A DNA stretch of 64,000 nt from Octopus sinensis (taxonomy: Eukaryota): positions 74,214,001 through 74,278,000 of the forward strand of contig NC_043002.1 in assembly GCF_006345805.1 (NCBI RefSeq), written 5' to 3'. Position 1 is the first letter of the stretch. Each line of letters opens with the position of its first letter. A program made the position numbers and the translations under genes. The notes under the pieces were generated by a model. That model saw only the letters and a program-made list of their open reading frames with translations. It was not told where the DNA came from and ran no database searches. Shown here piece after piece: positions 1-12,194 of this stretch.

Positions 1-17
1 CTAAAAAATTTTTTTTG

Positions 18-276
18 CATCATCATTTAATGCTGGCATGGGTTGGACAGTTTGACCAGAGCTGGCAAGCTGGAAAGCTGCACCAGGATCCCAGTCTGAT
101 TTGGAATAGTTTCTACAGCTGGATGCCCTTCTTAAAGTGGTTGGTGTTAGGAAGGGTATCCACCCATACAAACCATGCCAAAATAGATTGGATCCTAGTG
201 TAGCTCTTCAACTTGCCAGCCTTGGTTAAACTGTCCAACCCATGTCAGCATGGACAGCAGATGTGAAATGATGATG
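18..276. mobile_element. Fold-back pair of (GAT)n-tailed SINE 3' halves
   Basis: Minus copy 18-135 directly joined to plus copy 136-276 of the same family. Confidence 0.75.
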
Positions 277-864
277 AGCATAGTATCTAAAGTGCCACAG
301 ATTATTAATGATAGGTATTATAAGATTAATACAATGCTATTGTTAATATAATAAAACTGGATCCTAGTGTAGCTCTTCAACTTGCCAGCCTTGGTTAAAC
401 TGTCCAACCCATGTCAGCATGGACAGCAGATGTGAAATGATGATGAGCATAGTATCTAAAGTGCCACAGATTATTAATGATAGGTATTATAAGATTAATA
501 CAATGCTATTGTTAATATAATAAAACTGGATCCTAGTGTAGCTCTTCAACTTGCCAGCCTTGGTTAAACTGTCCAACCCATGTCAGCATGGACAGCAGAT
601 GTGAAATGATGATGAGCATAGTATCTAAAGTGCCACAGATTATTAATGATATGTATTATAAGATTAATACAATGCTATTGTTAATATAATAAAACTGGAT
701 CCTAGTGTAGCTCTTCAACTTGCCAGCCCTGGTTAAACTGTCCAACCCATGTCAGCATGGACAGCAGATGTGAAATGATGATGAGCATAGTATCTAAAGT
801 GCCACAGATTATTAATGATAGGTATTATAAGATTAATACAATGCTATTGTTAATATAATAAAAC
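189..864. repeat. Tandem repeat, 4 x 169 bp
   Basis: Units begin tggatcctagtgtagctc at 189, 358, 527 and 696; I saw only isolated substitutions between copies. Confidence 0.97.
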
Positions 865-868
865 TCAC

Positions 869-988
869 CTCTAAAGTAAGATCAAATTGTGGTTTAATGC
901 AGCGTAAATGCTGTACAATAGGAAATATTGACAAAACTGATGTGTATTCATGACGAGCAATGTTCTTTTTAGCATTTGCAGCTATAGC
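869..988 (-). CDS. EXOC7: EXOC7 coding exon 12 (gene continues beyond the window start)
   Basis: tccaag|GCT...TTA GAG|gtgag; AIAANAKKNIARHEYTSVLSIFPIVQHLRCIKPQFDLTLE; 120 nt, phase 0 to 0. Confidence 0.93.
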
Positions 989-2239
989 CTTGGAAAAAGA
1001 AAAAAAACAATTAATAATATCTTGGTTTCAAATTTTGGCACAAGGCCAGTAATTTGGGGGAGTGGGCAGGTTGATTAAGTCATCCCTAGTGCTCAACTGG
1101 TACTTATTCTATCAACCCCAAAAGGATGAAAGGCATAGGAGACTTTGGCAGAATTTGAACTCAGAGTGTAAAGACAGACGAAATGCTGTTAAGGATTTTC
1201 CCTAGTGTGCTAATGATTCTGCCAGCTCACTGCCTTTAAAATAAAAATAACAACATATAATAACATATTAGAATGAAATAACAGTTCGAAAGCAGCAGAG
1301 ATTTAAATGAACAGTTAATGTGATTTTTACTTAATTTCAGATATTCTAAACATCATATTATTTTTGGTATCAAGAAATATTATGAAGGATCAGTTGGCAG
1401 AAGAGATCCTTATTCAACATTGAAAGGAGAAAAATAAATTAAAAGAAAGATTATTTTGATCTTTTACTATATTCAGCCACTGGGCAATGGCCATGTTGGG
1501 ACACTACATTTAGAGTTCTGAGACCAATGTAATTTCAGTATGGTCCTTATTTTATCGATCTCTATTTAGCAGCTAAGTTACCTTTTGGCATAAAGGGACA
1601 TGATTGAATACACTGGTTTACACTATTAGAAACAGGCACACAAACACACACATAAATATATATACATCTTTTATCTTTTACCTGTTTCAGTCATGGATTG
1701 TGACTAAGCTGGAGTATCACCTAGAAAGGTTTTAGTTGAACAAATCAATCTTAATACTTATAGTATCAGTCTCTCCTGTTAGACCATTTAGTTACAAGGA
1801 CTTAAACAAACCTACACCACCATTTGTCAAACTATAGGAGAGGGGGACAAATATAACACAAAGATACAGACATGTAAGCATGCATACACACACACACAAT
1901 GATGGCCGTCCACACAATTTCTGTCTACAAAATTCACTTATATGGCACTGGTTGTCCAAAGTGACACACAATGGGATTGAACCCAAAACCATGTGGTTGC
2001 AAAGCAAGATTTTTAACCACACAACCATGCCTGTGTTTATATATATATATGACAGCCTTTCACACAATTTTTATCTATCAATTTCTACTCACATAGTAAC
2101 ATGATATACGTAACTTTATCTAAGATATCATATCATTAAAACAAAATTACTATCCTCGATGCTCATTCACTTAGATGCATCCTGGAACTAGACACATGCA
2201 AAAAAAAAAATACTAAGCTTATTTTTGGCAAATATCTAC

Positions 2240-2344
2240 CTCTCCTTCACTAACCACCATCTCTAGTGCTCGTAGAATGACTTTATCAAACTCCATACGT
2301 TGATATTTTTCTGGAATAATACCATTCATTAGTTGTGCTTCACT
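2240..2344 (-). CDS. EXOC7: EXOC7 coding exon 11
   Basis: tttcag|AGT GAA...GGA GAG|gtag; SEAQLMNGIIPEKYQRMEFDKVILRALEMVVSEGE; 105 nt, phase 0 to 0. Confidence 0.93.
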
Positions 2345-2938
2345 CTGAAATTATACATAAAACAAATTACTAAAATTATAGATAAAATAGACATTTGCTA
2401 ATTATAGTAGAAAAGAAAGTTAAGACCAGTTTGGAATCATCTCAATCATTTTGGCTTAGAATACATGTAACCTTTAAGGTTCCATGTATTCTGAGGCAAA
2501 ATGATTGAGTAGTTAAGTAGCTGAACCATTACAAACATTGTATTGTGTCCCTGAGAAAGATCTGTTAATACACTTTCCACAATTAAGTTAACAAGTTTAC
2601 TTCTAGCTCATGGTCAGAGTGGGTAAAACATTAAACTAAGCAAATGCTTTACAAATGTAAAAGTTTACAAAAAGCCATCACATTAGATACTTTAAAATTA
2701 AATATTTGTGATGTCATACATGCATTTCTAGTTCTCAGTACAAAAATGATAATTTTACATTTCTTTTCATATTTTGAAAACAATGCAATCTTTTATGCTA
2801 TCAAATACAGTAAGTTTAATGGTTTAAAGATCTACTGCAGATTTGTCTTGATTAAAATAACATGGGAAAATGGAGTGAATGTAGTTATGAAAAATGAAGA
2901 ATGATTAACAGTTACAGTTTCAGATATCATGTTCTTAC

Positions 2939-3045
2939 TTGCATTAACTTGAGCAAAGCAGTCATCTCTGTAATGTAAAACTCCACCTCAATTTCAGCAG
3001 GATCCTCTTTTACACCTTCTGTAGATGAGCCTGTTCGGCGATGAC
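2939..3045 (-). CDS. EXOC7: EXOC7 coding exon 10
   Basis: gtag|GT CAT...ATG CAA|gtaag; HRRTGSSTEGVKEDPAEIEVEFYITEMTALLKLMQ; 107 nt, phase 1 to 0. Confidence 0.93.
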
Positions 3046-4055
3046 CTACACAGAACAAACAAACATTTTTCTTTCGAGTTAAAATATTTTCAAATTGAAA
3101 ACAATTTTTTAATGAAATTTCCTTTCTTCATAAATCTACAGCATGATAGCCATCATTTTAATGTCCACTTTCCCATGCTTTCATGAGAAAAACAAAATAC
3201 ATTGAAATGTTTTCTATGACTGGATACCCTTCCGGTCACCAATCCTCACATGCTTCCAAGCAAGATAATATTTCCCCATGGCCATGCATGCTTTCACAAA
3301 AGATGGAAAATGAGTGATACTACTTGTGTGACAGCAACACTCATTTACAACTATTAGGTGATATCAAGACACACACACACACTAACGCATAAGCATTCAC
3401 TCTCTTTCTCTCTCTCTCTCTCACACACACACACATACATACAGGCATCTTTCAGTTTGTCCATCAAATCCATTCACAAGACATTGACCTCAGGCTAAAG
3501 TAGAAAAAAATTTACCCAAGGATGCCATGCAGTGGAAGTGATCCTGAAACCATGTGATTAGGAAGCAAGCTTCTTAACCACACAGTCATGCCTGCACCTA
3601 ACACCTCTGGTATAATTATGGTCATGTGCATGCATGTGTGTGTGTGCATGTGTGAAGCAGCTGCACTAACCAACTTAAGTGACGTAAGTAAAAGTTATAC
3701 TTTGTAGAGTGTAAACAGTTGATCAGAGCTAAAGTGTTTCCTGCCTAGTATTCAAGCCTAATATTTTGAGTGCAGTTTTTAGTGTTATTATGTATGGTTA
3801 CTATGTGAGAGCATTAAAAACATTTAGAGACTTATCAAATGATGACGGCTTCAATTTTAGCTGTGTATTATTCACAAGTAGGGACATTGCAGTGATTTTT
3901 ACAGTTTTTTTTTTCATACTGGCATAAAGGGTTTCAACATTTTCCCACTCATCACAATTCATCATTTAACATCCGTTTTCCATGCTGGAATGGGTCAGAC
4001 AGTTTGGTAGGAGCTGGCAAGGCCAGAGGCTGCACCAGGTTCCTAAGGCTGTTTT

Positions 4056-4390
4056 ATAATAATAATAATAATAATAATAATGAAATTATTGTATACAATG
4101 CTCAGGTGCACTACAACTTGTCAAAAGTGCATATAAAGCATATGCAGTAATGTACAAATGTCTGGAAAGTGAACAGTGTATGAGTCAGATACATGCTTGC
4201 ATGTGTATGGAGGGGAGAAAATCAGGTGTAGTGTTGGTGAATCTCAGGAAACATGGAAGTTTTGAAGGATGCGGTGCTTTGACAACTAACAACTGATACT
4301 GGCAGTTTGTTCCATACTTAATAATAATAATAATAAACATTGTGTACAGTGCTCAGGTGCACTACTTCAGCAACTCTTAGCGTGAAAAAA
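4056..4390 (-). mobile_element. CR1-like LINE 3' fragment with a second LINE 3' tip nested at 4320-4362, inside a SINE
   Basis: Reverse complement matches the 3' end of 33850-34130; (AAT)n tails at 4056 and 4320; flanking TGTTTT and TACTT duplications. Confidence 0.85.
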
Positions 4391-5294
4391 TGTTTTGGCT
4401 TGGTTTATACAGCTGGATGCCCTTCCTAACACCAACCACTTTACAGAGTGTAATGGGTGCTTTTTATGTGGCATCAGTACTTCTTAAGTGACACAAACAC
4501 CAGTGCTTTTTACATGGAATCAGCACCAGTACCCTTCATGGACAAGCATTATGAAGGTGAAAAAAAGGTAATTCAGCCAACTTGCTGTGCACTGTATACT
4601 TCTCTTGGTATGGTTTTTTTACAACTTGATGTCCCTTCCATTCACCAGCATGAGCAGTACATTTCATAAGCCCACTGGAACTAGAGAGATTATTTGCAGT
4701 AGGTCTAAAAGGGGTTCTTAAAAATGTTGAAGTAGAGACAGAAGATTGTTGCAGACATAACTGGAAGATGAAGTACACCAGTGTTGACAGAATGTTGGGG
4801 ATTAGTGAGAAAGAGAGGACACAAATAAAATTATTTGCAAAACATGTGGTACCAATAAAGAATAAAGACTTTCATAAACATTTGGTATCTTAGTAAATAT
4901 TTATTTTGCTTGGAGATAAAAAACATTTAGTGACCAATCATCATCATTTAGCATCTGTTTTCCATGCTGGCATAGTTAAATGGTTTGAGTGGAGCTGGTA
5001 AGCTGAAGAGCTGTACCAGGCTCCAGTCTGATTTGGCTTGGTTGCTATGGCTGGATGTCCTTCCTAACACCAACCACTTCATAGAGTGTACCATGTGCCT
5101 TTAACATGTCACTGATACTGGCTATGAGTATGATTACACTTAGTTTGACATGTCTTCTCAAGCACAGCAAAGTGACACAAAGTCCCAATTAATTTAATAT
5201 TATGAGTACAAGATAAAATTTGATTAAATAACTGTCCTCAGAACCAGAATCACGTAACAAGCCTATTTTAAGTGAAGTATATAAATCAACTTAC

Positions 5295-5344
5295 CAGATT
5301 CAAATGAGGATTTGATGAGAGATGTAGAGGCTTTCTTCAGATAT
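5295..5344 (-). CDS. EXOC7: EXOC7 coding exon 9
   Basis: ttcag|A TAT...TCT G|gtaagt; YLKKASTSLIKSSFES; 50 nt, phase 2 to 1, restores frame between exons 8 and 10. Confidence 0.8.
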
Positions 5345-5626
5345 CTGAATTAACAGAAAAAGGATTACAAAACAATGAATATGAAAAGAATAAAACTGAG
5401 GGAAAAAAAAATTTCTTTTAAAGTATGAAATAAAATTTTAACAAGGATATAGACATTGAAATTGATTTCAGTATAGTAGTAATAATTCCGATGGGATTTG
5501 AGACCAAAAGGATGAGACATCAAACTAAAATACACAAAGCAACTAGCTTGCTACTCAACTAATACAATTATTCAATAATAGGGAATTGACTTGCTGCTTG
5601 TATATTACTAGCATTAATGTTATTAA

Positions 5627-5844
5627 CCCTTTCAACCTGGAAATTTTTCTCAAGAATTTTCTCTCAGGTCAGTAATGGTGGGGGGTTTGTATGCATGCGA
5701 GCCTTTTGAGCTGTCATTATAGTGTCATACACTCTGGTCATACATCTGGCGCTACTATGCTGCATCACACAGAATGGGAATTTTAAAGATTTGGGCTGTA
5801 AAACTTTCGACTGGTACAAATATGTACCAGCCGGGCCGAAAGAG
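5627..5844. mobile_element. piggyBac-like MITE
   Basis: TTAA|CCCTTTC ... GAAAGAG|TTAA. Confidence 0.6.
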
Positions 5845-6419
5845 TTAAAGTAACTGAACCTCTGTTCAAACCATACTGGCATACAAAACATGTAAAAGGA
5901 TGAAATATTAAATTTCAATTCGACTGAAATATTTATTGTCATTGAACTTGCCCTTGAAGAGCCATCTGGACTAGCAGCTCATACTGATCGTTCTCACCCT
6001 TTCTTCTAAATGTGTGTAACCATGTAGCTCCTTTTATCCTTCCCTTCTGCCTTTTATATTTTAGCCCTTCATCGCCTTGCATAAAGCTGCCCCGTCTGCC
6101 TCAGTTCTGTAGTCCTGCAAACTAAATGGCAATCTTATTAATGCTGGTGACACAAAAAGAAATTTTGCAGTATACAATGTAAAGTGGTTAGCATAAAGGA
6201 GGATATCCAATCATAGAAACCATGCTAAAGTAGACACCGGAGCACAATGCTGTCTGTGGACCCATCAGATTCTGTCAAACCATCCAACCAATGCCAGCAT
6301 GGAACACAGATATTAAATAATGATAAAAACATTCTACTTTTGCTTGAGTCATGTGTATAGGGTGCTAACCTAAACAGATACAGTTCACTGTGCAAACAGG
6401 ACATCAACAAAGCACAAGA

Positions 6420-8720
6420 TCATATCTGGCATGTCAATGCTCTAGTAAAGCTGCCTGCTTATGGGAGTCATCCATCTCAACTTTTGATTTGGGAGGCTTC
6501 CTGTCAGACCACACTATTACGACAAGCTGACAGAGCTCTTTCTCACCCACATTTTATTAACCCTGGTGTGCCCCCAGGTTTGGTTTTGTCTCTTACTCTT
6601 TTCCTTCTTATACATCAATGGCCTACTTGCAATCACTTCCAATGATGCTCACTCCCATACATGAAGGATGAACACCACCTTCATCATCATCCACATGCAA
6701 CCTAGACACTTATACCAAACCCACATTGATTCTATGATCAGAGACTCTGAATACATTCTTCAATGAGATCTCCTGGTGGTTGCACATCTTCAATATGTTG
6801 AAAATTGAATCACATTGACTTGCCTTCCTTTTCAGAGTTTGGAAATACTTTGGTTTGTCCACATTACTTCATAAGGAGCCAGTTTCCCATTTTTCTTGTG
6901 TATATGTCCTGTTTGCACAGTGAACTGTATCTGTTTAGGTTAGCACCCTATACACATGACTCAAGCAAAAGGCTTTCAACTCTGTGCCACACAAAAGGCT
7001 TATGGTGAAACTCTCTGCAATGGGTGTGAGGGATGACCTTTTTAACTGGTTGAAATCCTTCATTCTCAACCGAAAGGAGGTAGTCACAGTTCTAGGACAG
7101 CATTCTACACCATATGAGATGTCATCGGGTGTACCACAGGGATCTGTCCTTGGTCCCCTCTAGTTTGTGGCATACATTAATGACATAGATGCAAATTTAA
7201 AGAATGCCACAGTATTAAAATATGCAGACGACATCAAGCTGTACCTTGAAATCAAGAGGACAGATCCTGTTGTCTACAGCTCTTTCCTGCAATCAGACCT
7301 GGACACAATGCAGCAATGGATCACAGACTGGCAACTGAAACTGGCTGTGGACAAGTGTACCACCATGCATTTTGGGAGAAAAAACCCTGCGTCCACATAC
7401 TCCCTCCACAACACTGATATCAAGAAATCCTCTTGCGAGCGTGACCTAGGCATCACTGTCAGCAGTGATTTGCGTTGGACAAAGCATATCTCTAAAATTG
7501 TCAAGAAGGCCGAGGGTGTCTTGGCATCACTCAGCAAGACTTTTGTTAGCCGCTCTCCAGCCATCTATTTAAAACTGTATACAGCTATGGTACAACCGCA
7601 CTTGGAATTCGCACCATCAGTTTGGAACCCCTATCTTGCTCAGAACATTGACCTCCTGGAATCTGTTCAGAGACGTGCAACCAAACGCATACCCTCCATC
7701 AGACACCTACCATATTCTGAGCGCCTTGTTTCCCTGGGCATGGATTCACTGAAGCTCCGGCATCTGGCGACGGACTTGGTAAACGCCCACAAAGTTGTCA
7801 ACCACCTCACCAATAACAACACTGAACACCTTTTTGATCTCCATGTGTCTAACACACGTGGACATGCCTACAAAGTCAGAAAACAACACAGCTCCCATGA
7901 CTTTCGGAAACATTTCTTCATGCTCAGAGTTGCTGAAGCATGGAACAAACTGCCTGAGTCAGTTGTTGACTGCCATGACACTGCATCCTTTAAGGCCCTC
8001 ATGCTTTCCGAAATCCGTCGAAACTACACCTGATTATATATGCACTTTAGATGAGTTGTAGTGCACCTGAGCACTGTACACAATGTTTATTATTATTGTT
8101 ATATATTCCTCCCTGAACAGGATGCCAGTCTGTCAACAGATTACTCATTTTTACCAGCTGAGAGGACAGCATGAAATGAAGTGTTTTGCTCAAGAACACA
8201 ACATTTCATCCAGTCCAGCAACTGAAACCACAATCTTTAGAAAATGCTTTCACTCCTAATAGCAACCCATAACATAGCTCAAATGAGACCCACAACAGAG
8301 TACTGCTCTCACATTTGGGACAGTGCTGCTGCCACTGCTTAGACATTTATCTCAGACTGCATAAGGAAGCAAAAAATAAAAGTAAAACAACTGAGTGACA
8401 TGAAGTCACTCACACTACAACTTCTGACCCACAATTGTGCTGTCTCCTCTCTTTGCTTTGCTTCTTTTACCCCCTCTGCACTACTACTGCAATGGCCTCT
8501 AGTCATGAGAGATGGCCGACTCTCATACCATCTCTACTCAAACACTTTTGAATCACTAGTCTATCTTCTTTTTGTCAACCATATTGTGTCCCCACACTCC
8601 CTGATCTTGTATCACTCACAATATCCAGTTCTTTCTTTCCAGAATGTTGTCTTTCTGGACTTCCTTCCCTCTTCATGGTTTCTCTGCAGCTGAAATATAA
8701 ACTACCTTGATTTCATTGGT
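6420..8720 (+). mobile_element. Old degenerate LINE RT remnant in pieces (about 6420-6800 and 8250-8720), interrupted by a SINE and a younger LINE
   Basis: PGVPPGLVLSLTLFLL (GVPQGS-like) near 6562; RPTTEYCSHIW near 8286; related remnant on the minus strand at about 54720-55260. Confidence 0.55.
6972..8099 (+). mobile_element. 5'-truncated CR1-like LINE (RT pseudogene)
   Basis: AFNSVPH...GVPQGSVLGPL*...YADD...YSERL...TRGH...RKHFF..RV..WN.LP; in-frame stop near 7160; (TTA)n tail. Confidence 0.92.
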
Positions 8721-9006
8721 GTTGGAGGAGAGGGAGCTGCTAAGGCCATGGGTACAATCCCTTGCTCCATATCAAAACAATTAAAGATGAAACAAATTGA
8801 AGAACAAAGAACACTGCAAAATTTTGTTAGCTTGCACTACCAATGTCAAATAGTCCCATCAGATGAACTTGAATGAAAGGCCAACTTCGCTGAAATACAC
8901 TTCCCAAGGGCACTATTTAGGAGTCACTCAATGGTTTATAAGACTCATCATTCTCTTTTCTTCTTTGCAATGCTGGTGTCATGTAATTGGTACCCATGTC
9001 AGTGGA

Positions 9007-9391
9007 GGCACAATGGCCCAGTGGTTAGAGCAGCGGACTTATGATTGTAGGATCATGGTTTTGATTCCCAGACTGGGCATTGTGTGGGTTTATTGAGCAA
9101 AACACCTAAAAGCTCCACGAGGCTCCAGCAGGGGGTGGTGGTGAACCCTGCTGTACTCTTTCACCACAACATTTTCTCACTCTTTCTTCCTGTTTCTGTT
9201 GTAACTGTATTTCAAAGGGCCAGTCTTGTCACACTCTGTGTCATGCTGAATCTCACCGAGAACTGTTAAGGGTACACGTGTCTGTGGAGTGCTCAGCCAC
9301 TTGCACGTTAATTTCACGAGTAGGCTATTCTGTTGATCGGATCAACTGGAACCCTTGTTGTCATAACCAATGGAGTGCCATGATGACGATG
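9007..9391 (+). mobile_element. Full-length tRNA-derived SINE
   Basis: A box TGGCCCAGTGG, B-box-like GTTTTGATTCCC, (GAT)n tail, 15-bp TSD ACCCATGTCAGTGGA (8992-9006 / 9392-9406); relatives at about 41836-42600, 43960-44090 and 63500-63820. Confidence 0.88.
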
Positions 9392-9602
9392 ACCCATGTC
9401 AGTGGAATGTAAAAAGCACCCATTTCACTCTTTGAGTGGTTGGCATTAGGAAGGGCATCCAACCATAGAAACCATACCAAATCAGATTGGAACCTGGTGC
9501 AGCCCCTCCAGCTTACCAGTTTCAGTCAAATCGTCTCACCCATGCCAGCATGGAAAGGAGACACTAAATGGTGATGATGATGATAAAATTACCAAAACTT
9601 AC

Positions 9603-9661
9603 CCAGGAAACTTTAGTGCTTTCCATGGTGTCATTTCTTTTGTTGGACGTATTTTTCCAGT
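9603..9661 (-). CDS. EXOC7: EXOC7 coding exon 8
   Basis: tttag|ACT GGA...CCT GG|gtaagt; TGKIRPTKEMTPWKALKFP(G); 59 nt, phase 0 to 2. Confidence 0.8.
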
Positions 9662-10658
9662 CTAAAAGTGACACAGAGAGACAGTAAATAACAACTTTAA
9701 ATGAAAGTCAATACTCATCTAACTTCAATTCAGACATAAGAATGTATATACACGTTTTTATATGCAATGAAAAACTAAACACTATCATGCTTATATGTCT
9801 AACATAAGTTGTTAGCAAATTATAATATTTTGGACTATTACTCCCATCTTCAGAGAGGAAAGAGTTTTTCTTATGTCTACACATTTCTTGGTTTGAACTA
9901 TGATTGTTATCAAGTATCTTGTTTCAGGATAAGTATATAATACTGAGTGGGATTTAAACTAGGACATGCACATAGTTACTTTTAGTTTAGAAATATAAGA
10001 TCCTAGATTGAATTCCATCTGAAACCATGTACATATATTCAGAAATATGAAACTTGATAATGATTAGAAATTACAGTTGTCAAAGTATAATATTGATGTA
10101 AATACTAACAAGTCTTTCATCTCCAAAGATGAAAGTAAGAATTTGAAAAATTAAAATTAAAATCCAGTTCACAGTTGAATGTTTAATTATGTTATTTCAG
10201 ATTATAACATGAAATACAACCAAAGCTCCTATGTTAAAAATTCAGGTTTAAGTATTTTAATTAAATTTAGGTTTTGTCCTTTTTTGGGGGGGCTAGATCT
10301 AAAAGTTTTGTTATTTTGATAACTAGATAGAGTACGTATTTTACAATTAGATGTTCTTAGAGCTGCAACAATAAAATCTGAGTGGTAGCTATTTTATTGC
10401 AACGAGGCTGATAACTGAGTCAATAGGGTAACAGATAAGCATCTAACAAGTCTACATACAAAAAAAAGTTGACTTCTCAGCTATTTGTCCAATACACTGT
10501 ATGCTTGAACAGTCATATATTAGCAGTAGTTTTTTTTTTTATTTCTATAAACAAGAACAAAATTTAAGTTGCTTTCACACGAGCCAAATTATAATACAAA
10601 AATTTAGAAAGGCAAATAAGGTTTGATTTCACTATGTTAGTATCTTTACATTCTAGAA

Positions 10659-10993
10659 CAATGGTTCCCAACTAGGGACCATAAGGCTCCTGGGAGTCAA
10701 TATAAGATTTTGTGGGGCCCAAACAAGCAAAGTAGTAAATTGGAGATCCACAATAGTATTTTAGGGATCCATGAAAAAAATTTTGCTTTCAAGAAACAAA
10801 CTAAGCTTCTTTCTCTAATGCTTAACTAAGTTCAGCATATTTCTGGTCATTGAATGTGTAAAAAACAAAATGGGAATTTTGAAAGAAGTACCTATAAAAC
10901 TAGATTTTTAAACACTGAATGAAAATGGGGGTCCACAAGAATAAAATAGTAACCAAAAGGGTCCATATGTAAAAAAAAAAAGGTTCAGAATCA
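10659..10993. mobile_element. hAT (Charlie-type) non-autonomous element
   Basis: CAATGGTTCCCAAC ... GGTTCAGAATCA termini; 8-bp TSD TTCTAGAA. Confidence 0.7.
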
Positions 10994-11813
10994 TTCTAGA
11001 AAAATGCGTTTTTACCAAACAAGTTTTACTTGTTATAATAATACTTAAATAGAATTTATTTATTAATATGGCACAAGCAAATTAAATAAATGTTTTTGCT
11101 GACACATCTGATAATTTTTTTTTTTTTAAATCTCAGAAAGAATTTTGGTATTTGGATATTTATCAAAATTAAGAAGAAAACACTGCAATACAACTCAATT
11201 TAACTAATATTTCAAGCCATGAAGATACAGTTATTGTAACAATTCTCTAGAAATTTCCATTTCTTATACCTAAAACTAGATCCAAGTTTGACTGGTTAAG
11301 AAAATGAGAAGATTGTGAAAACATAATATCAATGCCTACTCATTAGTTATTTTAATTCACACAATTTTAGTTAAATAATAATTAAAAAAAAAATAATCGG
11401 GCCCAGGCATGATTGTGTGGTAAGAAGTTTGCTTCCCAATCACATGGCTTCAGATTCAGTCCTGCTATGTATCCTAGGCAAGCCAAAGCCTCGTGGGTGG
11501 ATTTAGAAGATGGAAACTGAAAAAAGCCTATCATGTCTGTGTATATATGTATGTGTGTGGATTTGGGTCTCTTTGTCGTGATAATCATAAAAGTGTTGTC
11601 ACTTGCATACAAGCAGTTCCAGTTATTTCTCATATCCTACAAGAATATGTCTGGCCATGAGGAAATACTATCTTGCATAAAAATAGGTAAAGATTGGCAA
11701 AAGGAAGGGCATCTGGTTGTAACAAATCTGCTTCAATACTATCCAACTCATGCAGGCATGGAAAAGTGAATGTAAATATGATGACTAAAAAAATTTAGTC
11801 AGTGTTTACTTAC

Positions 11814-11883
11814 TAAAGCAGGGGAATGTTGAGTGTATCCACAGTTGCTACTACCACTAGCCGATTTCAAGTGCTCTTTAAGA
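11814..11883 (-). CDS. EXOC7: EXOC7 coding exon 7
   Basis: tttcag|T CTT...GCT TTA|gtaagt; LKEHLKSASGSSNCGYTQHSPAL; 70 nt, phase 2 to 0. Confidence 0.9.
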
Positions 11884-12194
11884 CTGAAAAAGAAAACAAA
11901 AAAAGAAACATACAATGAAATTGTTAAAAAGCTACATGCATAAATAAGTATCCATTATTTTGTGAATTATGAATAAAACTCCAACTTAATTATATTGTCA
12001 ACATATTCAACATTGACAGCTGTGAAGCTAAGATGTTGGCATATCAACAGCCTTTACTAGAGCTCACTCTGTTGCAATCATTTAAACCTCTGGTTTCCCT
12101 CCTTGCAAGCTTGACATCAGCTGCAACAATCTCACTTATCCGGAACAATCAGGAAAGGTCAACAGCAGCAGTTTCACTTTTTCTGATTAAATTA

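Noticed and set aside
189-864. CRISPR-like array
   Set aside because: The units are near-identical 169-bp tandem copies with no unique spacers, the context is a eukaryotic intron, and there are no cas genes.
7167-8033. 288-aa ORF (and 33311-33973) as functional reverse transcriptase genes
   Set aside because: Both are 5'-truncated LINE copies with a stop or frameshift, no endonuclease and no true start codon.
9007-9080. tRNA gene
   Set aside because: The tRNA-like A/B boxes form the head of a SINE with body, tail and TSD; the same applies to similar heads elsewhere in the window.
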